Assembly (NCBI GenBank): GCA_002269645.1
Contig: NIVC01002740.1
Coordinates: 80,182 to 144,181, forward strand
Direction: 5' to 3'
DNA from: Macrostomum lignano
Taxonomy: Eukaryota
Length of the DNA: 64,000 nucleotides
The position numbers were made by a program, and so were the translations under genes. A model generated the notes under the pieces. That model saw only the letters and a program-made list of their open reading frames with translations, was not told where the DNA came from and did not search any database. This document shows, piece after piece, positions 35,597 through 46,500 of the stretch. The first letter of the stretch is position 1. Each line of letters begins with the position of its first letter.

Positions 35597-36490
35597 CTAC
35601 GCATCGTTGCGTCCTCTCAAACCACTTATTAAAGCAGCTGGACCACTATGAACTTGGCACCTCCTCGACATGCCCGATGAAGGCCTTGACTGCAGCTTCC
35701 GGTGATGAATAACGACTGCTACGCATCTTCCGCTTGATTTGCGGAAACACGGGCAAGAAGTCGCACGGGCCAGGTCTGGGCTGTAGGATGGACAAGCTGT
35801 TGAATGCGAATTCTCCAGCCAGGAATCCAACCACTTGCCTGGACTTGAAGGCGGAGGCGCGTTGTCGTGATGAAGAAGCACACCCCGAGCTCGAATCCTT
35901 GCACGGCAACTGGAGAGACAACTCAGTACTTCTGGCAGGCAGCAGTTGGTACACCAGTTGGCAGCGACGGTGCGCTGCTGCGCAAGTGGTACGGTCGCTA
36001 GATGACCAGCTTTCGCCACAAAAACGGCTACCACCTGCTTTGCCACACTGCATGCGCTGATCGTTTCAGCTTCAATGGTGTGGCGCCTCTAACTGGCGTC
36101 CACTTGTCCGAATGCTGCTTGTTCTCTGGGTCAAAACTTTTGCTCCAGGATTCATCACCACTGACGATTTCCCAGACCGAGTTTAAGCGGGGCTACCATC
36201 GAATCTGTCAAGCATGGCATGCCACCAAGCCACCCGAGCCTCCTTTTGCTCCTCCGTCAGGTGATGAGGCACCCAGCGTGCAGAAATCTTGCAGGATCGT
36301 GCGGATGGCTCCCGATGAGATGGCCACTTCTGCCTCTATCTAGGCCACAGTTATCCTGGCATCATCCTCAATCATGGCCCGAATGGCAGCAAAATTCTCA
36401 TCGCTGCGGAGTTGAGGCGGCCGCTGCGCTCTTCATTATTCAGACTCTGTCGGCCACGTGGAAATTCGGCAAGCCACTTTAGCAAGCCAT
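35597..36490 (-). pseudogene. Degenerate mariner (D,D34D) transposase
   Basis: Minus strand: RSGR, WVPHHL, IVSGDESW, LHHDNA, YSPDL(A)PCDF..FP.IK, with stops and frameshifts. TIRs not identified. Confidence 0.88.
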
Positions 36491-36806
36491 AAAAGCATTT
36501 ATGTTTCGAACAACAGCAAGGTTACAGTTGCAGATCTCATGAACATAGGCTTTTATAGTTTTGAATCTCAATCGAGAAAAGCGATCTGAATTTAATTTCA
36601 CAACAATTAATTTATTTATTATAATCTGACAATAAAATACGTAAATAATTAAAAGTGCTAATTAAATTAGTATCGCACTAAGCAAATTATTATAGCAGGA
36701 TAAGTAAAGCAGCAAAAAAAATTGCGCAAAAATACGAGCCAATAATCACAAAAACATAAGCTGTACTTTTTTTTAATTAACACCCGTTGTTTAGCAATCA
36801 GTGTCG

Positions 36807-38119
36807 CTACTTATTGAATCCCGCATTCACCTGGCCGCTACTACCGCTAGCCGTCACTGCAGCATCGTAGCTCGGAGGCGCGGCAGTGTACTGCGGGTAC
36901 TGCGGGTACTGTGGGGCTTGTGGGTACTGCGGCTGCGTCGGGTACGGCTGAGACCCCGCTGGGTACTGCGGCGCAGCGGGGTAGCTGCCGGCAGGCGGCG
37001 GGACCGTCACTTGACCGGCGCTGACCACGACGGAACTGGCGCCCTGGACCCGTCGGCGCGCCCGACTGCGCATGCCGGAGTAAATGCCGACCACGATGAG
37101 GCCGAACAAGAACAGGCCGCCGCCGACTAACGCGTAGACCCAAATGTTACTGCTGGTTGAATAGTAAGGATTGTAGGTGTTTGGCACGGTGTAAAACGTA
37201 CTCGTGCCGCCAGGAGGTGCGGAGCAGGCGAATTTGTTTCGATCGCTGCAGTCATCCATAAAAATTGCGTAATACGAGCTTTTGTCATTGAAAGTCCCAC
37301 AGCGTTCGTACGAATAGCAGCTGGACGAAGAGCCACCTGAGTAGCAGCTGATCTCCGACGTCCTAAAGCACAGGTGGTTCTGGAGTCAAACACAAGAGAA
37401 AGAGTGTAAATGTTAGATAAAAGGAAAAACGGATCTAGAAATTACCAGAATTGTAGCGTTCTACTCAGCCAGTAGTGCGAGAATCGAGCCGAGCGGTCGG
37501 TCAGTCCGATCCAAGTGTAGTAGCGCCTCAGGCTGTTCGGCAGCAGTCGCATGAACGAGCCAATGTTGTTGTAGTACGCAACCGGAACATGTAGGAGATT
37601 CGAGCGCATGCTGTTGCAAGCTCGCTGAGCGTCAAAGTAGTTCCGGCTGCTTTCAATGCTGTCAGTACCGTAGCAGGTGCCGCTGATGTACGTCCAGCCG
37701 GGAATGCAGCCGTTGAGGTCCATCGCTCGAACTCGGACTGTGACGCCTTCGCTGTTCGACTGGTCTCCGCTCGCATCAAAGCGGACCCTCAGCGACTTCG
37801 ATGGCGTCAAGATTTTGTGCTGGTAGTCCGGGATGCTGGAGCCGCTAAACAGCACCTCATCACCGGAGCTGATGGTGAACACTGCCGAGCTGACCTTGAA
37901 CGACTTGACTTCGACGAAGAATGCTCGATTAGGCGACTCCGCATTGAACTCGCAGCTCATTCCGGAGGAGTAGCTGGCCTCGTTTTTGCGTCTCGTAGTC
38001 AGGTAGAAGTCCGTCAGTGACGCGCTGACAATGGTAGGAGAGTCCGGGCTGCAGTAGAACTGCTGCTGTGCCGTGGCCGCCGCGACGAGGCATGCCAGAA
38101 GGACCAGCAGTTTGTGCAT
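36807..38119 (-). CDS. Type I membrane receptor: signal peptide-CUB-C-type lectin-TM-Pro/Tyr/Gln tail with PPSY
   Basis: Exon 1 38119-37446: MHKLLVLLACLVAAATA; CUB YSSGMSCEF...SLRVRFDAS; CTLD CIPGWTYISGTCY...YFDAQRAC...WIGLTD. 66-bp GT-AG intron 37445-37380. Exon 2 37379-36807: Cys-rich CTLD end, TM IWVYALVGGGLFLFGLIVVGIY, tail APPSYDAAV. The junction is 1 nt out of frame as assembled. Confidence 0.75.
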
Positions 38120-39553
38120 GCCGACTCTGTGTTGCATGTTTCTGTTTCCTATGGGTTTGCGTTTTGCCTCACTATCGGATTGAGTCTCATTTGCTAGCCG
38201 TTTCGACTGGCAATATATTGCTTCGAAAGACGAGTTTGCCGAGAGAGCTCTGATAAGATATGCCAAGTTATATTTAGTGTCTGGCTATGTACATCTGCGC
38301 TGACGAATGACATCGGCTGAAATTTAATGCTTGACAATTTGCTGAGCCACTTTCGATGATAATAATCACCGCACTTGATGATAAAATCGCAGTAGATAAC
38401 TCGTACAAACAAAAGGTGGACGCACTTGCAGTAAATTTTTGTTGCAGAGACCAACGTGCGTTGTCTTATCAATCAGTTTGCATGGATAGGCTGCTGCTTG
38501 GAAACCTGCATTGCCCAGTACCGACCTAAGCTGCATGGCCATTAGTTGAAGAAAAAGAGAAATGTCTCTGCAGGTCTTTCTCACTTTTGACTTACCGACC
38601 TACCAGTCATGCAAGTTACTTGTATGAATAATAAACTGTGCTATTCAGGACAGTACAATTTATTTTGCACTTTTGATGAGTCATTTTCATCACGACAAGA
38701 AGTCTTCTGATTGTACAAGATGTTTGAATTTTGAATTTGCAATTAGTTGGTGATGAAAGCAAGCACTATTCAGTAAAAAATGGGAAACTACGTCTGAAGG
38801 AACCTCGTTTGAGGTTGCATTTGTTGTGTGCACGAGCCTTCCGTAATTATAAAATATTGGCTTCTGATCTTGCTATTGGTGAACCAAAAGCATTGGTAGA
38901 CCGGTAGTCAGGTATCTACCCTTGGAAAATTGTGCAAAAAGTTCTATATAGTTTTGATATTTCTTTCAGGGTTCTTAGATATTTGATTATTTTTCGAAAT
39001 TCTCCCTATCCGAAATCTTGCAAGATCTTTCCAAGATTATAAAAGATTTGAGTCTGACAAAATCGTACAAAGACAAAAGTATCTTATCACAAGTTAGACA
39101 TCTACCGGTATTATACGCTCGTAAGAACACTTGTGGAAATCTTGCTTAGTCATGCTGGTGGACTGCACTTGCAAAATATCACCTAGAATGATTCTGCAGA
39201 ATGATCTACGAGCGTATAATTATTAACGTATATTTTTTCTAAGATTCTCAAAAGATAGCCATTAGGGTAAAATGTAGTACTTGCACTTTGACTCTTGTCT
39301 ACTAATGGTCGAAAAGTAGGAGCCCGAATATTTGGGATTTAGGCTTCAGTTTTAATAGCAATGTGGGCTCTCTGGGTTGGCTCGGTACTCTCTGCTTTGC
39401 ACTGGAGCGCTTCGTCTATGGCTCAAAGCCAGCCAAAGTCCAGGGCTGCTGGCAATACTGCGAACTAATCGTTTGCTATACTTGATAAACGTCTTCGCAG
39501 CCCGTAGGTTTTCTCTTTCGCAGAATTAACGTCAAGAGAAACAAACATTTGCG

Positions 39554-40144
39554 ATGTGGAATACGTCACGTTTTTTGCTGTCGTCTCAATTGCTGCTGCT
39601 GATTTTGGCTGTCATATTCGTTGGGAACACCAGCGCCTGCAAGAAAGTCACTAAACCAATCAAGAAATTATTTGCCAGTAAGTGATTTTAGCTGATTTTA
39701 TTAAAGAAAACTGGCTAAAGCTATGAATATGTAGAAATATCTTTGTGCACCCTTCCCAGCAGAAACCTAAGTCGCTTTTCAATGTATATGGACTGGCAAG
39801 GCTGACTAATTGTGTCTAACCATTTCAAATTCACAGATCCGAAAGTCACGGAGGTCGACGGGCACACCTGCTACACTCAGGAGTCCATCAGGATTGACGA
39901 AGGCGTCGCAGCCTTCACTAACGACAACATGGACAAAGACCTGTCCTTGGCTGAGTGCAAGAAGTTCTGCAAGGAGTCCGGCTTTGAAGGCAAAATTATC
40001 GGACTGACTCCGACCGAGTGCCACTGCAACAAGTACATGAAATACGACGGCAAGCGCGACAAGGAAAAATGCCCAATTAGGTGCAAAGGCAACGACCAGG
40101 ACTATTGTGGCGGCATTGGCTACATCTCGGTTTACCCCAGCTAG
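39554..40144 (+). CDS. Secreted single-WSC-domain protein 2 (143 aa)
   Basis: Exons 39554-39677 and 39837-40144. Same post-signal peptide CKKVTKPIKKLFA as protein 1; 28 differences in the 102 exon-2 residues by hand count. Confidence 0.9.
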
Positions 40145-40502
40145 AGGGGGCGATGCTTCTGTGAAAGCTGAACTAGCTACTGTAAACTAAATATTGGTGG
40201 ATTTTTGTTTAGTTATTTTAGACCCTTGCAGAACCCATCTGAGCTGAATTTCTTTTGCAGTCTGGTTATTTTCTGTTTCCTTAACTATTCATTAGGTAAA
40301 ACTGCAGTGTGCGATGAAGTATAGGATCTACTCCTAAATAAAATGTATTTCAAACTGAAGTTATAAGACTTCAATTCAACTTTTAAGAATTTAAAAAATA
40401 GGTTGCAGGTTATTTGTATTTAAGTTTAGTGAGGTGAAAGTTAATCAGTCAGTGTAATGAGCAACTTTTCTCACTAGATAACGCATTTTGTAGAGAATTA
40501 CG

Positions 40503-40690
40503 AGTATTTTGCTTCAGTTCACCCAGCCGTAAAATGGGTGCCAGCATTAGCTGGGGCAATTGAGGGTGTGTGGCGGCCCCCCCGTCCTTGGACTGAACAG
40601 CCGTACGCAGCCTTCAGATGCGCCGCGCAATAGCTGCGGCTGAGCTGTCGGTTGCACATCTGGCGATTAAAGCAGGTGTACTCACTTATT
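40503..40690 (-). mobile_element. Possible SINE fragment with Meta-domain-like core
   Basis: Minus strand GCTGGCACCCATTTTACGGCTGGGTGAACTGAAGCAA resembles, from memory, the conserved core of invertebrate MetaSINEs. Bounded by an (ATT/ATC)n tract. Confidence 0.3.
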
Positions 40691-41085
40691 ATTATTACTA
40701 TTATCATCACCATCATCAATTTGAAGAAGACTGCAGCTATCTACCACGAGCCATGCTGCATGCCCCGATACATAATACTGTAGTCTAAAAGCGGACCGTT
40801 AATAAGTTAAAGTTAAGGAGCATTCTGCATGAGATCACCGTATCAGTCTGGCCCGAATCAGACACTGGGTGTAATTTTTTAAGATGTCCCACTTTCTTTA
40901 GGAATTCGAATAATTTGTCTATGGTTGAATCGGTCGGTCAGTCTGTACAGATCTTTTTCGATATTAATTTGCCTAAGCTCTGCCTTCAACGCTTGCTTGG
41001 GCATAAAAAATTATTGAGTTGTAAATTATCAAGCCGCTGAGGCATCAACGAGTTCGTAGTACAAGGAGCCTTCACCTGCGGCGCC

Positions 41086-41580
41086 ATGTTAAATTTCCAA
41101 TTCATTGCTTGCCTCGTGGTTCTTCTGACCACCGTAGCGTCAGTTCAAGCCTGCCCGAGGAGCTTTGTGGCGATCAGAAATACGTTTAGCTGTAAGTTTT
41201 GTACAGGCTCCGTCCGTTTAACATAGAGTCCGTCCGTTTAAACATGACCACACTCCCACTGTCACGCTGTTCCAGCCCGAATCAAGACGCTTAACGGACC
41301 CAGCTGCTTCACCGAGCGGTCTTTGCGCACCGCAGGCGAAACGGAGGGCACCTACGACGAACTGAAGGAGACCATGACTCCCGACGCCTGCCGCAAGCTG
41401 TGCAAAGACAAGGGCCATTCGGCTAGCAGCATCATTGCGGTGTCGCAGACGCTGTGCCACTGCGACAAGAACTTCAAAAAGGAGGGCTTATCGGACGTTG
41501 CCAAATGCACGAACAGTTGCCCGGGCAATCTGGATGAGCGTTGCGGCGGTCCGGACTATCTGTCTGCCTATCCAGTGTAG
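41086..41580 (+). CDS. Secreted single-WSC-domain protein 3 (136 aa)
   Basis: Exons 41086-41191 and 41276-41580, phase-1 intron. Signal peptide, CPRSFVAIRNTFS, then WSC CF...CRKLC...LCHC...CTNSCPGNLDERCGGPDYLSAY. Confidence 0.88.
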
Positions 41581-42554
41581 GAGCCGCGCCTCGACAGTTT
41601 GCTCAAATATAAGTTTTAGAGCATGGATGGACACCTAGCTATAGTCTGCGATACAAGTTAAGAGACAATTTTTTAGCTATCGTACTACCGAGTGAATTCT
41701 TTGTTTTAACTAACGGTAATAAATTACCACCATTCTATATATCATTTTTAAAATAAACCTGCACATTTGGCGGCCATCCAGATTTTTTTATATTTCCAAC
41801 AGGCACTACTAAACATACTGAAATATACTTGAAGTATAAGACGCTGGAGACAAATAGTATAGAGAGCTCTGCAAAGCGAGTTCACTTTTACTGCAGCTTA
41901 AAATTGCACTACTCAACTGACAAGGATGTTCTAGAAATTTCCAATCCAGAATTCAAGCATTGGCCTGCGAAACAATAAGGACTCCAAGACCAAGGATCCC
42001 ATACGAGAACATGGACTGCCCATATGGGTGGGGTATAAAGTGAAGTTCACTTCCTCAGTTCGAACTTCTAATGATGCTCTCCGTAATAAATGTGAACAGG
42101 AAATCTTGGATCATAAAGTTTCGAATTTTAAAAACCTTGCTGCAGAGAGGATAAAGTATATTTACCTAGTAACTTTAAAAGATCGAGACACAATGTAAAT
42201 TCTAGCAAAAGTGATCAGAGACATAGATTTTTACTCTCGATACGTCATTATTCACCACCTTCTTGTGATTACTTTTTGTACACTGTGAAAATCAATTGGT
42301 ACTTACGAGGCGTGTCCGGAAAGCAGTGTTAACTTTGACGAGGTTGCGCAAATGACCAAACTTGACGACGATGTAATAAGCATCCGGTTTGTATAACCAT
42401 CGCTAATCCTGCATGTACTTTAAGCTGATTTGAGTTGTCTATGACCGAGCTTTAGCCACGTGGCTTTGGCTTAAAACACGAAAAAATTATTGGGTCAAGG
42501 TTAAGCTTGACAATTCATAACAGTAGAGAAAGAGAGCCATCATAAAAAGTTGGC

Positions 42555-43063
42555 ATGGCGCATCGTTTAATCATTTTAGTATTCACCTGTGGAGTCATTC
42601 TGCTTAGCAACGTTGCCGAAGTGCATGGCTTCACCCGGGCTTTTGTAGCCTTGAAAAACATGGTCTCATGTAAGCTTGTTCAGCTGTTGTCTGATTCTGT
42701 CTTGATGACGCAAATGCAAGTCCGTCTCTGTTTGAATTCCTAGCCCGGACGCACTCCGTACTCGGTCCATCCTGCTTCACACTGAGATCCCTGAGAACTG
42801 TCGGCTCAAACGAGGGCACGTACAATAACTCCATGGTGCAGTCGTTCAAGTCCTGCCGCAACCTGTGCAAAAAGAAAGGCCACGAACAGACTGACATCAT
42901 CGCGATTGAGGTCGACTTGTGCCACTGCGGCAAGGAGTTCCGCAAAAACGGCCGGGCGGACGTCAACAAGTGCTTGCACAGCTGCCCTGGCCGGATCGAG
43001 GAGCGCTGCGGAGGGCCCGGCCACATCTCCGCTTATCCATACGATATGAAAATTGACTACTAA
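42555..43063 (+). CDS. Secreted single-WSC-domain protein 4 (144 aa)
   Basis: Exons 42555-42669 and 42744-43063, phase-1 intron. Signal peptide, FTRAFVALKNMVS, then WSC CF...CRNLC...LCHC...CLHSCPGRIEERCGGPGHISAY. Confidence 0.88.
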
Positions 43064-43586
43064 CCAGGCAGGACTGAGTACTTTAAGTAGCTGCATCAAC
43101 TAAATCGCTATATTGTCCTGGTTTAGATTTTTTGTTCTCTCATTTAAAGCACTTAGGAACGAGACGCCTTCTTTGCGTGGTACATGCGGTACCAACCAGT
43201 TTACAGATTTGTTTTGCTGTAGGCAAGCGAATTCCTCACTAAAATTAGCGCGGTAAATAAAAAAATACTGAGTTCGAAGGACAAAAGGTTACAAATAAGT
43301 TCAGCACACCTTTGACAACATGTAACGATTTACTTTAAATAACAATTGCTTCTCAAAACTTCTCTTCAAGATCTGCTATTGCCGAAGAAAGCATTTATCA
43401 GGGTATTATTTTACAACATTCTAAGATAATCTCTTAAGTGACAAAGTGAGACAGAGAGAAGGAAAGCGTCTGTTTAATGCGAATATTGGAGTCCAGCAGG
43501 AGACGGGTTCAGGAAAGTTGCAGCGGCACCGGGAAAGGGTGCCTGATGAGAAAACTTGGTGAAAAGGTGAATCGGCTAATTCGGCA

Positions 43587-46500
43587 TTAGAGAATGCCGA
43601 ACCGCTCCAGGTGTTTGTCGATTATAAAAGCGCGACAGCCTTCCAGCACTTTCTTCACATTGTCGGTGTTGACGGCGCAGGTGTAGTAATAGCAGCAGGT
43701 GTGATGGTGGTACTCGAATTTGAAATCAGCCTGGCGCTTTCGTTTCGCTATTTCCTGAAGTAGAGTTCGAGAAGTTTGAGAACAGTTTGAGAATTTCTTT
43801 AGCATTCGATTCTTAAGAAAAAAAGGAATTGATTCTATCGCCCAATATACAGACAGGCTTTTGGTCTCACTGAAAGGCACCCGAGGCTAAATTGACAGTC
43901 AAAGTCTCAATGTCCCGTTGACAGACACTACATGGTATATTGGGTTTAATTGAGTGTCACACTTCCAATGTCCCGTTGACAGAAATGTAGCATTAATTAG
44001 CTAGTAGCGAGCCCCATTTTGACCATAGACAATATTCTCAAGCTGTTTCTCGTACTGTATCTAAAATCGAGTAAAGCCGAGGCGAGAGTTTACAACCTTT
44101 CTTTCTCACTTACGCCAAAGTTAACTCCACGATTTGCGATTTGATTCATTCGCTACAAAGTGGTAGCAGAGCGTTTTTCGGACCGAAAACAACGCCACCT
44201 ATCCGTGATCACTGAATTTGTCAGCGACATCGTTCACATCGCCGGTAGGGACAACGTGGTTGCCGATGCACTATCTCGTCCCAACCTCACGTCCGAGGCG
44301 CAGCCACCATCGTCCGTAAGACTGCTAGCCGACATCCCGCCCTCGGTGGATTTGCCAGCTATCGCTCGAGCCCAGAAAGACAGTCTACCCGCCAACGACC
44401 CGCCAGTAGGACAGTTCAGCAACTTCGATATCGGGATTAAAGACTACCCATTACACTGTGAGACTTCGCAAACTAACCCGCGTCCCGTAGTCCCTGAAGT
44501 ACTACTACGTGCGGTGTTCAACTCGCTGCATTCGTTCGCACACCCCGGCAGAAAAGCTACGCAACGGCTCATTAGCTATCGCTTCTTTAGGCCGCTAATG
44601 AGTGCCGACATTCGCAAGTGGGTAGCCGAGTGCCAACAATGCCAGAAGTACAAGACTGGACGACTTGTGTAACGCCCACTGCAGCAGCTGCCTGTGCCAT
44701 CTCAGAGATTCACGACGGTACACATTAACCTGGTCGGACCGCTAACGCCTCCTGAATCTGAAGATCCTGACCCGAAGCCTCGCTACCTACTCACCATGAT
44801 CGATGCCTACTCACGCTGGTTCGAAGCAGCACTGCTTTCGAACATTGCCGCCACATCAGTCGCACGAGCCTTCCTGGAAACCTGGATTTCTCGGTTCGGC
44901 CCACCTTTGACGCTGATCAGTGACCAGGGATCCCAATTCCGAGCGGAGCTCATGAAGAACTTGAAGGGCCTACTCGGCATTCACCACATCCGCAATTCAG
45001 CCTATAATCCGAGAGAGAGCTAACGGTATCATCGAACGTGCACACCGGACGCTATAGGTCGGTTTGAAGGCGCGCGGCAAGAACTGGCTGCAGCAGCTGC
45101 CCGTCGTGCTCCTGGGCATGCGCATTTTCCCAGATGAGTCAGGTGCCTCTCCGTTCTCCGTTGTTACGGGTGAGCAACCGCTGGTCCCACCGCTCGTCAC
45201 CGACACGTCTGCGCTCAAGGAGCTCTCGACTAGTCTACACCAGCTTTTCTTCCCATACCGGCAGCCGAGAACGTGCGAGATAGCCGTGCATCTGCCAGCC
45301 GCGCTGAGGTCGTACACACACGTCTGGCTACGGTTGGACCGTCTGGCTACGGTTGGACCGTGTGCGACGACCCCTGGAGGCTCCTTACCAAGGCTCGTAC
45401 GCGGTGCTGGACAGGCACGACACCAAAATGACACTCCAGATCAACGGCAAGCCTACCGTAGTGTCGATCGATCGTGTCAAGCCCGCCACCCTGCCAACAG
45501 CCCATCAAGAGCAGCCAGCAGCCACACTGGCCCCGCCAAGCGACGCTCCCGCCTCTAACACAAGGTCGCGCAGCTCAAACCGCGCGATTCAAGAGCGAGA
45601 CCTCCGCGCAAGTCCTCCAGGAAGGACAGTCCACCTAGCAATACTTGAACAGTGCTTTAACCGATCAACCTATGACATCAGCATTGCTTGCCTACTCGTT
45701 CCCCTTCGCTGTTCAAACTTTTTGTCTCTGATTATCTAATGCATAGTGATGTACTTCATCTAGGAGGGGGAGTATCTTTTAGCATTAATTAGCTAGTAGC
45801 GAGCCCCATTTTGACCATGGACAATATTTTCAAGCTGTTTCTCGTTTACTGTATATAAAATCGAATAAAGCCGAGGCGGGCCGAGCCGAGAGTTTACAAA
45901 ATTTCTTTCTCACTTACGCCAAAGTTAATTCCACTGCGCTTTGATTCACTCGCTACAGACACTATAGTGGGTTTAATTGACAGTCACACTCCCAATGTCC
46001 CGTTGACAGACACTATATTCGGTTTAGTTGACAGTCACACTCCCAATGTCCCGTTGACAGACACTATATTCGGTTTAGTTGACAGTCACACTCCCAATGT
46101 CCCGTTGACAGACACTATATTCGGTTTAGTTGACAGTCACACTCCCAATGTCCCGTTGACAGACACTATATTCGGTTTAGTTGACAGTCACACTCCCAAT
46201 GTCCCGTTGACAGACACTATATTCGGTTTAGTTGACAGTCACACTCCCAATGTTCCGTTGACAGACACTATAATCGGTTTAGTTGACAGTCACACTCCCA
46301 ATGTCCCGTTGACAGACACTATATTCGGTTTAGTTGACAGTCACACTCCCAATGTCCCGTTGACAGACACTATATTCGGTTTGACAGTCAGGTTCTGATG
46401 GGTACGTTGGTACATGTAGCTATCTCGAACTTACCATAAAGATATTTTTCACAAAACAGGCAGTCTTGACAGTGTCAGGGTGAACTTTCGGCAGGTCCTG

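Larger units (their letters stand above)
34245..42444 (+). promoter_or_regulatory. Recurring motif (T/C)GTCTATG(G/A) 118-169 bp upstream of each WSC gene ATG (four separate sites)
   Basis: GTCTATG begins at 34245, 39414, 40917 and 42437, i.e. 152, 140, 169 and 118 bp before the ATGs at 34397, 39554, 41086 and 42555. Confidence 0.35.
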
